62,000 bases of DNA from assembly GCA_028534125.1 (NCBI GenBank), contig CM052818.1, forward strand, positions 186,001 to 248,000. Reading direction: 5' to 3'. The DNA is from Lama glama. Taxonomy: Eukaryota. The position numbers were made by a program, and so were the translations under genes. How positions within the stretch are numbered: position 1 is the stretch's first letter; every line of letters begins with the position of its first letter. The notes beneath the pieces are model-generated. The model was not told where the DNA came from. It saw only the letters and a program-made list of their open reading frames with translations, and ran no database searches. Shown in pieces: positions 1-12,429 of the stretch.

Positions 1-1060
1 GTGACAAGAGAGGAGTGTGCTGCTGGGACACATAGGACGTCTCCCAGAGGGCCACTTCTCCAAGGTCAAGAAATGTAACTAACCTACCTAAAAATACAAA
101 TAGAAAGACAGACAATATGAGGCGGTGGAGGAATATCTCCCAGGCAAAGGCACAAGATAAAATCCCAGAAGAAATAACTGATGAGGAGATAGGCAATTTA
201 TGCGAGAAAGAGTTTAAAGTAATGATGGCCAAGATGCTCAGAGAACTCAAGAGTACAGATGCACAGAGTGAAGTTCTTAGTAGAGTTGGAAAATATAAAG
301 AACACCCAAACAGAGTTGAAGAATAAAATCACTGAAATGAGTAACACTCTAGAAGGAACCAAGAATAGACTAAATGAGGCAAAAGAATGGATCAGTGAGC
401 TAGAAGACAGATTAGTGGAAATCACTACTGCAGAACAGAAAAAAGAAAAAAGAATGAAAAGAAATGAGAATAGTTTAAGAGAACTCTGGGACAGCATGAA
501 GCACCCTAATATTTGCATTATAGGGGTCCCAGAAAGAGAAGAGAGAGAGAAATGACTGGAGAAAATTTTTTGAGAGATAATACCGAAAACTTCCCTAACT
601 TCAGAAAGAAAACAGTCACTCAAATCAAGGAAACTCAGAGAATTCCACACAGGATCAACCCAAAGAGGAACACACCAAGGCACATAGTAATCAAATTGAC
701 AAAAATTAAAGATAAAGAGAAAATACTAAAATTATCAAAAGAAAAGCAACAAATAACATCCAAGGGAACTCCTATTAAGTTATCAGCTGATTTTTCAGCA
801 GAAACTCTACAGGCCATAAGGGAGTGGCATGATATAAAGTGATGAAAGGGGAAAACTTACAACTGAGAATACTCTATCCAGCAAGGCTCTCGTTCAGATT
901 TGATGGAGAAATCAAAAGCCTCATAGATAAACAAAAGCAAAAAGAATTCAGCACCACCAAACCAGTTTTACAAATGTTAAAGCTTTTAAAGAACTTCTCT
1001 AGTCATCAAACCATAAGAAAAAAGAACAAAAAGAAGAAAGAGGGAAAAAAGAACTACAAC
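1..1060 (+). mobile_element. L1 5' region and ORF1 remnant
   Basis: Frameshifted ORF1p peptides: ISELEDRLVEI, NICIIGVPEREERE, INPKRNTPRHIVIKL, ILYPARLSFRFDGEIKS. Confidence 0.9.
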
Positions 1061-2400
1061 AGATTGCTTTAGCAATTTGGGGTCTTTCATGGTTCCATAT
1101 AAATTTTAGAATTATTTGTTCTAGTTCTATGGAAAATGTCATATTTTGACAGGGGTTGCATGGACTATGTAGATTGCTTTGGTGATATGGTCATTTTAAT
1201 AGTGTTGGTTCTTCCAATCCATGAGCACAAGATCTCTTTCCATTTCTTTGTATCATCTTCAGTTTCCTTTGTCAATGTTTTATAATTATCAGAGTATAGG
1301 TAACCTTCGTGGTTGAGTTTATTTTTAAGTATTTTGTTGTTTTTGATGCAATGGAAATGTTTATGCCAATTACAAAATTCTGATTTTTGAAGTGAGGAAA
1401 AAAATGAACCAAGAGCCACAAATGGCAAAATATCCTTTTTTGTGGGTGAATTGTGTTCCATTGCGTATATATATACTGCATCTTCTTTACCCATCCATCT
1501 ATTGATGGGCACTTAGGATGCTTCCATATCTTGGCAATTATAAATAATGCTGCCATTAATAGCAGAGTGTATGTATCTTTTTGAAGTAATGTTTTTGTTT
1601 TTCTCACATATATACCCAGGAGTGGATATATGAGCCATATGGTGGTTTTATTTTTAGATTTTTGAGAAACTTCCATATTGTTCTCCATAGTGGCTGCACC
1701 AATTTACATTCCCACCAACAGTGTACATGGGTTCCCTTTTCTCCACATCCTTGCCAACATTTGTTATTTGTGATCTTTTTGATAATAGCCATTCTGACGG
1801 TGAGATGATACCGCATTGTGATTTCGATTTGCATTTCCCTGATATTAGTGATGTTGAACAACTTTACATGTTCCGGTGGGCCACCTGCATTTCTGCTTTT
1901 GGAAAAACGTCTATTCAGTTCTTCTGCCCATATTTTAAATGGGTTGTTTTTTGTTTGTTTGTTTTTTAATTGAAGTACAGTTGATTCAAAGTATTGTATT
2001 AGCTTCCGGTGTGCAGCACGGATGGACTTGGAGGGCATTATGCTAAGTGAAATAAGTCAGACAAGGATAAATACTACTTCACTTACATATGGAATCTGAA
2101 AAAATACAACTAGTGACTATAACAGAAAAGAAACACTCACAGATGTAGAGAAGGAACTAGTTAGTGGTTACCAGTGGGGAGAGGGGAGGGGGAGGGGCAG
2201 GATGGAGGTGGAGGATTAAGAGGTACAAACTATCAGGTATAAAATAAGCTACAAGGATTTGTTGTACAATATGGGGAATAGAGCCCATATTTTATAATCA
2301 CTATAAATGATGTATAATTTTTAAAAATCGTGAATCACTATATTATATCCCTATAACATATATTATACATCAACTATACTTCAATTTTAAAAACATGACA
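1061..2400. mobile_element. L1 ORF2/3'UTR pieces in both orientations (inverted about 1061-2016, sense about 2017-2400)
   Basis: - strand ORF2 peptides ([21 protein letters not shown]) followed by a + strand L1 3'UTR. Confidence 0.85.
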
Positions 2401-2440
2401 TTATAAAATAAATACATTTTTTAAAAAACCCTCTACCTAA

Positions 2441-2590
2441 GGAGGAGGGTATAATTCAGTGGTAGAGCGCTTGCATGCACGAGGTCCTAGGTTCAATCCC
2501 CAGCACCTCCATTAAATAAATAAACAAACAAACAAACAAACAAACAAACCTAATTACCTCTTTACCCCTCTGAAAAAAAAAATTTTTTTT
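2441..2590 (+). mobile_element. tRNA-derived SINE (camelid Vic-1-like) directly upstream of the promoter
   Basis: ggagggtataattcagtggtagagc (A box)...ggttcaatcccc (B box)...aaataaa(caaa)n cctaattacctc. Confidence 0.85.
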
Positions 2591-2599
2591 GATATAATA

Positions 2600-3080
2600 G
2601 CCAAAGAAGGGCTGCTTCCCTGGCGCCCCTGGCTTGAAGCCGCCACCTGAGGTGGCGCCTGCAGTGAGCCGCCCGGCCTGAGGGGGGCGCCTTCGTCGGC
2701 TCAGGCGCAGGCGCAGGCGCTGGCCGAGAACTGGACACTCTGGGGGGCCGGTCTCTTGACTGTGAGAAGAAAGGGGATCTGTGCGCTTCTCACGCCTTGA
2801 GGTAGGGGAAGGGCTGAGGGCGGCGGGCGGCTGTGGGCAACGCCTGGCGGGACGGGCTGGGGCGGAGGTCGGGCCTGCCTTCAGGCAGGTGTTGGCGGCC
2901 CGGGGGCAGCTGCCGGGGCGGGACTGACGCCCAGAGGCCCGAGTCCAGCGCGGTCCGGTCCGCCCTGCGCCGGGTCTCTGAGGGCAGGGCGGGCAGGCGT
3001 GTCTCCTCCGCCGCCTCTCGTGGGCCTGGGGGCGGGCGCCCTGCCGAGGGCCACGACACTTGAGGAGGAGGGGCCCATGA
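2600..3080 (+). promoter_or_regulatory. M1AP: CpG-island promoter of M1AP
   Basis: The only clearly GC/CpG-rich island in an AT-rich window, about 6.5 kb upstream of the first coding exon. Contains GC boxes (ggggcggag, ggggcggga), tandem NRF1-type GCGCAGGCGC (2704-2720) and two CTGAGGNG motifs. Confidence 0.85.
2720..2801 (+). other. M1AP: Putative non-coding exon 1 of M1AP (start approximate)
   Basis: Donor GAG|gtaggg at 2801/2802 inside the CpG island. The first coding exon has its own acceptor at 9578, so an upstream exon is required. The TSS cannot be determined from sequence. Confidence 0.6.
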
Positions 3081-3165
3081 GAATGTATTGACTTTCTGTG
3101 AAGTCAGAAGAAACCAGTGAATCCTTAGGGTCGAAGAAAAGGTTTAGGTGTTTGGAAGAGGGGTG

Positions 3166-3627
3166 TTATTTTATTTTATTTATTTATTTTGATGGAGGTA
3201 CTGGAGATTGAACCCAGGACCTGGCGCATGCTAGCTAAGCACGGTCTCTACCACTGAGCTATGCCCCACCCTCCAAGAAGATCTTTTAAGTGAGGAAGGG
3301 GCCCATGAAAGCAAAAGTGCTTAGGATCCATGATTTTTTTTGTTGTTGTTGGGGGAGGTAATTAGGTTTATTCATTTAGTATTTTTTTAAGGTTTTTTGA
3401 GGGGGCAATTAGGTTTATTTACTTATTTATTTTATTTTTTTAATGGAGGTACTGGGGATTGAACCCAAGACCTCATGCATGCTAAGCATGTGCTCTACCA
3501 CTGAGCTATAACCTCTACCCCAGGTTTATTCGTTTACTTTTATTTTTATAGGAGGTACTGGGGATTGAAACCTGACCCTCTTTCATGCTAACCATGCGCT
3601 CTATCACTTGAGCTGTCCCCTCCCCCC
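3166..3627 (-). mobile_element. Three tRNA-derived SINEs (3166-3274, plus a nested pair at 3334-3627)
   Basis: Reverse-complement A and B boxes; TSDs taggatccatga (outer) and aggtttattc(a/g)ttta (inner). Confidence 0.88.
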
Positions 3628-4249
3628 TAGGATCCATGAAATTTTTAACGTGGCCTGTGAGAGGGCGAACCATTGAATCATTTATCATATGCAAAATGTC
3701 CTAAGGGCGATAAAAAGCATTGTATAGGCTCTGTTATAGGGGCGTGTAAAGGGACCCTACCCTCTTCAGACCTTAAGTCTGATACCTAAAGCATGAGTAA
3801 GGTTAAGGAAGGGAATACTCTGCAAAGACTGTCCGGGGTCAGGATCCACAGCAAAAGGCTGACAGCCTTTGCTGAGCTGAAAGGCAAGCCAGGGGCAGAT
3901 GGGGTGGTGTAGGGAAGGGAATTGGCCAGGTAGGGCATGGCATGAGGCTGCACATTTGGGAAGGAGACATGTGCAGAATTTTGGAGCCAAGGTAAGGATT
4001 TCAGGTTTTGTTCAAGTGTAGTTAGAAGCCATTGAAGGGTTTTGGGTAAGGGAGTAACTATACCTTTTGGGGGTTCAAGGCCTAGATTTAACCAATTTAC
4101 AGGAGGACACCAATAAATGAGCATTCTTGGTATAAGTGGAGAATCTAGGATCAGAAATAGTCAGATGCTGCTTAGTAGTATGTGTCAGATGCATTAACTG
4201 ATCATGTTTGAGGGGATGAGGAAGAGAGTTGCTTCTTATCTCATTTAAA

Positions 4250-5324
4250 GAACAGTCTTGGAATTGCATGTAAGTGTAGGATCTAAAAATGACCATGCAA
4301 GCTGAAACCATTCAAAGTCATCTTAATAGTCAATGGGAACAATTACATTTGTTTTGGAATCTCTCAAAATTGTCAAAATGTTAAAAACTCTCTTACTGTC
4401 AGTTATAACTGTAGAGGGAAATGAAAAATGGTAGAACTAGTATCTGTTTAGTGCACTGTCATTGAAAATATTAGAAACTTGGGAAAGTGTTTTCTTTGTA
4501 AAAAAATTAATCAAGAATAGTTTGAGCAGCTCTTGTGCTTGTTTTCTTCTCATGGTGTAACTTGTAGAGCAAGTGTCTTTCTTATGCCTTTTACCAAATT
4601 GTTCTATTCCTTTCTAAAGGTCTGGATCAACTTCCAGCATTTTATCCTTTGCACTTTCAATTTTGTAAACTATCTCCCAGAGTTCCTTTAATATGAAGTG
4701 TTTTTGCCAGTGGCGCTTCTTCTGGGGCAGCTTTATACTTTGTGTCACAACCACTTTGCTCACTTGTGTTGCTAAGTTCACCTTTACTAAATTCCTCTTT
4801 TGCTCATCAAAAGTCTGTTAAACAGCATTGCTGTCAGTGTTCTCACAGTCAGCTCTTTCTTCTGTGATTCCATCTAAAGTCAACTCTCACTTTCAGTGTT
4901 ACCACTTACTGTTTCTTTGCTCCACATTCATCTTTGTTGGCCAGTTCCCTCTTTCAGTTATCTATTTTTGTAAGACGTCGGTGTGGTTTTATCACTAGGA
5001 AACTAGTTATCACTAGGAGGTAATTAAAACAAATATGCTCTGCCGTCTGTACAGAGACTGAATAAGAGCTCTGCGGTGACCAGTCACCAGCAAACTTTGA
5101 AAGAGGTGACATGATTGATCACTGATCATGATGTGCATGTGTTATTTATGGAGCGACTGGTGGGCTGAAGAGCTGACTGCGGCTTGCACTTTTATGTAAT
5201 TATGAGTAATATTCCTTGGTAACTGAAATTAGAACTGTGTTGATGGGGGAGTGATGTTAATTAACTAAACTATCATAACTGAAATTTGTATATCTTGGAA
5301 CCATGTAAAATTAGAACTGCCTGT
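4250..5324. mobile_element. Tigger-like DNA transposon remnant
   Basis: Right end ...aaccatgtaaaattagaactgcctgTA resembles a Tigger6-type terminus with a TA target; the left boundary is approximate. Confidence 0.5.
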
Positions 5325-5969
5325 ACTCTAAAATGACAGAAGTTTCAGATGTGAGGGAAGATGGACAGGGAGAACAGAAGCCCATTCTACATCAAATAAG
5401 GTCTCTGTCTGGGTACCTGTTTGTCTATGTGACTCTGTGTGTCAGCCTCAAACTCAGCATTACAATGATCTCATGCACTTAGTTTAAAAGTACAGTTAAA
5501 AGGTATTTATGATATGTGCTTTCTTGGTAAATATATATTACTCATTGATTTGGATTTCTGGTTCAAGATAACTTCCTATAGGTTAGCATATTCATTTACT
5601 TCTTTGCTCAGCTGTACACAGCACACAATTGGAGCTCAGTAAAAAACTGTTGAATGAACAAATGCTGACTTCCACTATCCAAAAACGGAAAGTTTGAAAG
5701 GAAATAACTTCACAGATTCATTTTGAGAAACACATCTATCTATGTACTCTTAGACCATTTTTAAAAATCCCAAGTTCCAAAGTGTTTCTGAAAATTATCT
5801 TAAATATCTTTCTTTTGGACCTAGGGGAAGTCAAAGAAGCTTTTATTTTCCCTGAATTCTTTAGCTAAAAAACAGTTGTGCAGAATCATTTCAGTTCCCA
5901 GAGGTGGGGGCGTGTTTTTTTTAATTTAAAAAATATATTCTTTTATGATTGTCCAGTGTTCTTTTTGAA

Positions 5970-8450
5970 ATATTTTTATTGTTAAATATAACATATTAGA
6001 GAAAATTTCATAAACTATGAACATGTAGTTTAATAATTATACAGTGAGTACCCATTGTAACCACAATAAAGATCAAGAAATAGAACATTGCTGACATCCC
6101 ACAACCTCCTTTTGTCCTTTCTAATCATGCCCTCCTTGCTTTTCAGAGAAAATCACTACACTAATTTTTGTCATAATCATCCCCTTGCTCTTGAAAAATA
6201 GTTTTAGCATTATGTACACATCCCTAAACAATATAGTTGCTTATCTTTAAAATCTATGTAGATAGAATCATGCTATATATTTCTTTGTGTCTTGCTTCTT
6301 TTATTCAATATTCTGTTTCTTAGAGCCATCCACATTGCATGTAACTAGTCATTCATTTTCCTCGCTGTGTGAATACAGAATTTATCCATTCTAATTTTGA
6401 TTGAAATTTGCGTTGTTTGAAGTCTAGGGTAATTGTGAACAAGACTATTAATGAATAGTCTTTTTGCTGCTATGATCTGACTTTGTTCATGCATCCTAAT
6501 GCATGTCATTATTCACGGATTAATGATTGTGAACAAAAAGTCCAAAAGAATCTATAGATAAGTTATTATAACTAATAAGACAGTGTAGCAGTGTTGTTAA
6601 ATACAAAATCATTATATAAAAATCAATTTTATGTCTATGCTTTAGCAACAAAACAAAAAATGAAATGTAAAAAGATGCCATTAAGCATTTAAAAAATAGC
6701 AGATCTCTAAAAATAAAATTTAGTGAAAGATAAGGAGAGCCTTGGGGAAAATTATAAAACTATATATTCTTTTAGATTTTCTATATAAATATCATATCAT
6801 CTGCACGACAGTTTCATTTCTTCCATTGTAACGCCTTTTGTTTTCTTTGTATTTCTTGCCTTATCGCTAACTGCGCTACTGTGTAGATTAGAAATGACGA
6901 TAGTGGACTCTTGTCTTGGATGGAAAACTTTCAGCATCACCATTAAAAATGATATTTGCTCTAGACTTTTGTAAACATATTTGATCAGATTGTATCTATC
7001 GTCTCTTTCTAATATATTAAGATTGATTCTTTATCAGGCGTGAATGTTGAGTTTTTCTGCATTTTGATCATATGATTTTTTAATGTGATGAATTACAGTG
7101 ACGGTCTCTAAAGCCATGTCAACCTTATGTTCTTGAGATAAACCCAAGTTGGTCATGATGTGTTATTCTTTTTATAATATTGCTGTTTTTCAATTTGCTT
7201 ATACTTTCTTTAGGATTTTTACATCTCAATTCATAAATGAGACTGTCCTATAATTTTTTATTGTAATACTTTTATCTGATTTTGGTATCAAAGGTTATGC
7301 TAAACTAGTAAAAATTAAATGAGTCTTGTGCCCTCTCCTATTTTCTGAAAGAATTTGTTGAAGATTGAAATTCTTGATCTTTGAGAGTAGTATGGAACTC
7401 ATCAGTGGAATCACGTAGCCCTACAGATACTTTTGGGGAACATATTTGACTACCAATTAAATGTTTTCAGTGGTTAGAGACTATTTAGGTATTTTAATTT
7501 TCTTTTTGATTTAGTATTGGTTAAATATCTTTTTTCTAGCAATTTGTCCATTTTATTAAACTTACTGGTATAAAGCTGTTCATTATGTCCTCTTGTAACC
7601 CTTTCCATGTTTGGGCATCTGTAACGGTGTCCCCGTCTCACTGCTGATGCTTGTTCTGTGTTCCCATTTGTTCTCCTTTCCAAAATCTGAGCCCTGGGGA
7701 TAAGTGTAAGTAGCCAGTAAACAAAGAAGGCAAGGGTGTCAGAAGTAGAGAAGACAGCATGAGCAAATGCACTGAAATGAATGGTATATTTGGTTTTGTT
7801 TCACTGAAAAGCTTGAAGTGAGGAATGGGTCTTGAATGGGTCCTGAAGGGGAAAATGTGGTTATATTTTCATTTTTAAGAATTACTATGCACCATATATA
7901 TGGAAATTTAAAAACATGTGTGCACTTATAAAAAAAGAAATGAGCTATCAAGCCATGAAAGACGTGGAAGAAACTTGAAAGACATATTAGTAAATGAAAG
8001 AAGCCAGTCTGAAAAGGCGACAAACTGTGCGATTTCAACCAAATGACATTCTGGGAAAGGCACAGCTACAGAAACAATAAAAAGATCATGGTTTCCAGGG
8101 ATTTGGGGAGAGGGAGGGAGGAATAAATAAATGTAGCACAAGGGATTTTTAGGGCAATGAAATTATTCTGCGTGATACTGTAGTGGTGGCTACATGTCAT
8201 TATGCATTTGTCAAAATCCGTAGAGTGTACAACATCAAGAGTGAACCCTAATGTAAATTATGGACTTCAGTTGATAATAATGTGCCCATGTTGGTTCATC
8301 GATTGTACCAAATATGCCACACTGATGAGGGATGTTGAGGCTGAGGGAGTATATATGTGTGGGTGGGGAGTGATACATTGGAACTCTGTAATTTCTGCTC
8401 AATTCTGCTGTGAACCTGAAACTGCTCTAAAAAATAAAGTCTATTAATAA
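5970..8450. mobile_element. Cluster of old L1M fragments (- strand ORF2 remnant about 6770-7680; + strand 3' end about 7935-8450)
   Basis: Typical old L1 3'UTR text (gagtgaaccctaatgtaaattatggacttcagttgataat...aaaataaagtctatt). Confidence 0.7.
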
Positions 8451-8748
8451 AAAAAAAAATTACTATGTCCCAAATAAACACTGTGCTAAGCTCTGATAGA
8501 GTTGACAAGACAGGTCCTCCATCTTTGGGAAGCTCACAATACAGTGGCAGAGGCAGTCTTAGAAACAAATTACAATACAGTACAATAAATGCTAATAAAG
8601 GTCAGATTCTATAAAGGCAGTTAGCTTTCTTTGAGACTGAAGTTTGAGTTTTTGATTAGTTGCATTCAACATCTCTAAGCATTCTCAGCCTTACATTATA
8701 GGCAAACATCTAGGTCCCTTGGGAGCTGTTAAGATGGGATAGCCTAGA

Positions 8749-9432
8749 CTAAAAATAGACTTACCATGTGACCCAGTAATCCCACTCCTGGGCATATATC
8801 TGGAAGGAACCCTACTTCAAAATGACACCTGCACCTCAGTATTTATAGCAGCACTATTTACAATAGCCAAGACATGGAAACAGCCTAAATGTCCATCGAC
8901 AGATAACTGGATAAAGAAGTTGTGGTATATTTATACAATGGAATACTATTCAGCCATTAAAAATGACAACATAATGCCATTTGCAGCAATATGAATGTCC
9001 CTGGAGAATGTCATTCTAAGTGAAGTAAGCCAGATATAGAAAGAAAAGTACCATATGAGATTGCTTATATGTGCAACCTGAAAAAACAAAAGAAGACAAA
9101 TGAACTTAAATATAAAACAGAAACAGACTCAGAGATATAGAGACATACAGACTTGTGGTTGCCAGTGGGGAGGCGGGTGGGAAGGAATAGACTGGGAGTT
9201 TGAGATTTGTAGATACTGAAAGGTATATATAGAATAGATAAACAAGTTTATGCTGTATAGCATAGGGAAATATATTAAAGATCTTGTAGCTCATGGTGAA
9301 AAAGAATATGAAAATGAATATATGTATATTCATGTATGACAAAAATTGTGCTGTCCACCAGAAATTGACACAACATTGTAAACTGACTATAACTCAATTA
9401 AAAAAAAAAGAAAGAAAAGTGGGGGGTGGGGG
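8749..9432 (+). mobile_element. Young 5'-truncated L1 with TSD
   Basis: ORF2 end, 3'UTR and A tail; TSD agatgg(g/a)atagcctaga at 8732-8748 and 9433-9449. Confidence 0.92.
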
Positions 9433-9629
9433 AGATGGAATAGCCTAGAGAAGCTTATATTAGTACCTAGAGAAGCTTTCTAGACTTAGTCACCTAGACC
9501 TGTGTTCATTGTTTCAACAGAGTATATAATGTAATTCAGGTTTATGAAAGCCAGCAATTTCTCTTTTCTTCCCTGTAGGTGTAGAGAATATCCAGGTGTG
9601 GCTACAGTTCCACATCTGGTCTGGCTGCC

Positions 9630-9869
9630 ATGTATCATGGGCAAACTACTGGCAAAGGGCCCTCTCATTGCATGCAGATTTACCAGCAACCTCCAAGGCT
9701 TCTCATCGTGCACATCACTCTCCCATCCTGGGCTGACATCTGTTCCAACCTCTGTGAGGCTCTGCAGAACTTCTTCTCACTGGCCTGCAGCTTGGTAGGC
9801 CCCAGCCGCATGTCCCTCTTCAGCTTATACATGGTACAAAATCAGCATGAGTGCATCCTCCCCTTTGTG
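9630..9869 (+). CDS. M1AP: M1AP coding exon 1 (exon starts 9579; 240 coding nt)
   Basis: Acceptor cttccctgtag|9579; Kozak gctgccATG; MYHGQTTGKGPSHCMQIYQQPPRLLIVHITLPSWADIC...HECILPFV matches the recalled M1AP N-terminus; donor GTG|gtgagt. Confidence 0.96.
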
Positions 9870-11985
9870 GTGAGTATATCTGTATTTGTTCATATTCTCC
9901 TGAAAGCAGATGTGAGGTTTCTGGAGCAGCAGTTTCTTGAGAGATTTCTTACAGCAATAACTGTGCCCGTTCCCCATCTCCAATACCCCACAGGCACCAC
10001 AATGAGAGCCTGATGTCATCCTATATATTGGGGGGGGGATTACTGCAGAAGAGGAACCCCAAAATTACTAATACGGGAGTTTGAATCGGCCACATATTAT
10101 CCCCTCCACTCCTGAGAGAGTGGAAGAAACCTTGGCATTTACAGTCTTTTGGAATGTAAGGAACTGACCTCTTCCGTCCCCCTTTGAAATGCAAACACAG
10201 GGAAATAAATCTCTTAAATTTCTTCAGAGGTCTCTGGCTATTCAATCACCCTTTAATTTCCAAGACTTGTCCTTTAACCCAGTTCGAGATTTTTTTTTTC
10301 TCTCAGAAAGCCCTAACTGTGCAGCAACATTAAAATATTTTTTCTACAGTTGCACGCAGGACTCAAGTGAAACTCCTCGTAGGGTTTCAGAAAGCAAAGG
10401 CTGGGCCGGGGCCCAATGCTTTTGCAAAGCTCCCTCACATGTAGACAGCCGTTGCTTTTCTTCCTCAAACAAATGTAAATCTTCACTCTCCCCCTTTACC
10501 ACGTTCAGAGTCACAGAGATGGGAAAGATTTCGGAGGTCCTGGTGCATCCTCTTCTTGAAGCAGCCTTGCTGCTGGGATAGTCAGAAAGGACTTACGGAG
10601 AGCCAGACCTTTGATGCATACCTAGTGTGCACGTGACCTCCTCCCTCATAGTGTCCATGGAAGCTGTGCGGAGGCCTGGACTCCCCGCACCCCATCCAAC
10701 ATAACAAGGTATCTCTCACCCCCACCTCCTTTTTAAGGTAATGGAGGAGGAGGCAGAGTGGAGGCCATGTGGGGAGTGGCAGTGAGGTAGGCATCTTTTT
10801 ACCTCCAAGGCAGGGTGATGTCAGTGAAGTCCTAGTGGAAAGCTAGGACTGTTAGGACTTTTTTCCTACTGGAAATCCTGGTGGTAATAAAGCTTCTCTA
10901 CTCCCAGGGTGTCAGTGGGGCCCATATGAAAAACTTGAACTTCCATCCCCACCCAGAAGTAACAGCGTACCCTCCCTCCTGGGATATAATCAGAAGTCAA
11001 ATAGAGGCACACCCCGACCTGGGCATAATTATGTGGAAACCTTACTTCCCCCTCTGGCACAGTGTTAAACTAGGCCTGCTAAAGCGTAAGATTTAAACAA
11101 GATCCAGAGTCTTATAGCATAATACCCAAAATGTCGAGAATACAATTTTAAAAAAAACACTTATGATTATTAAGAACCAGGAAAATCTCAACTTGAATGA
11201 AAAGACAACACAGACACAGATGTTAGAATTACCTGAAAAGGATTTTGAAGCAGCCATCATAAAAATGCTCCAGCAAACAGTTATAAACATGCTTAGAACA
11301 AATGGAAACATACAAGATGTCATCAAAGAAATAGAAGTGTAAAGAAAAACAAAATAGAAATTTTAGAACTGAAAAATTAAAAACAAAAATCTTCCATGGA
11401 TAGAATCAACTGCACAATGAAATTGACACCTTCTATAGTGGGCAATTTGGTGACAGTATCAAAATTTACACTCCCTTTAGCCTAGCAAGTCTGCTTTTAG
11501 AAATTTATCCTACAGATATATTTTCATATGTGCAAAAATGATTTAAGGTTATTTGTTTCAGCATTGTTTGCAGTAGCAAAAGATTGGAAGTAACCTGCTA
11601 TCAATCAAAAGGGAATTGGTTAAATAAACTTACATTCCATCTATTCATGGAATACTATGTAGCCATAAAAATGAATGCTTTTTATCTATTGAGTGAAATA
11701 ATTGCCCAATATACTATGCAAAAAATCAAGAAGAGAGTATCATAATCTCTTCTATTTTGGTAAGAAGAAAGATAAAGTTTACTATTTATATTTTCTTTCA
11801 CGTAAAGAAATACCTCTGGAAAGATACCTAAGAAACTAGTAATATCGATTGCCTCTAGGAACCTACCAGTTAGCTGAAGAATTAGAAAAGAAAGGTGACT
11901 TTTTCTACATAACATGTAACCTCTGAATTTTGAATTTTGAATGCTTGCTGAGTAAGAGGAGAAAAAATCAGAATGAAAGTTTGAG

Positions 11986-12125
11986 TGGGGGGGGTATAGC
12001 TCAAGTGGTAGAGCACATGCTTAGCATGCACAAGGCCCTGGGTTCAATCCCCAGTACCCCCTCTAAAAATAAGTAAACTGAATTACCTCCCCCCACCAAA
12101 AAAATAAATGAATAAATTTTTTTTA
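11986..12125 (+). mobile_element. tRNA-derived SINE
   Basis: gggtatagctcaagtggtagagcacatgcttagcatgcacaaggccctgggttcaatcccc. Confidence 0.88.
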
Positions 12126-12429
12126 AAAAAATCAAATTTTGGAAGCTATAATACAGGTGAAAAGTAATCATTGATTTAACAGTCCCAAGAATGCTAAATC
12201 TCAAGTCAATACTGGGGAAACCCAAGGAAGAAAGCAATTTAAACCACCTGGTTCTCAAAAGGCTTAGGATTGGCAAAATCAACTTCTGGAGGTAAGAAAG
12301 AAGGACGAGCTAAAAGTAGAATGATGTTGAACTTGTGTTTAAAAAGAAACTTGACCTCTAGATCTCTCTCCTACTCCAAAAGCAACAGACTTACTCATCA
12401 CTTATGATGGAATATCTGAATTTGCCCCA

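Noticed and set aside
2441..2510. tRNA-like sequence with A and B boxes (about a dozen copies in the window)
   Set aside because: These are SINE heads with AT-rich tails and TSDs, not tRNA genes.
2790..3078. Pro/Arg/Gly-rich ORFs on both strands
   Set aside because: Expected by-product of a CpG island depleted of stop codons.
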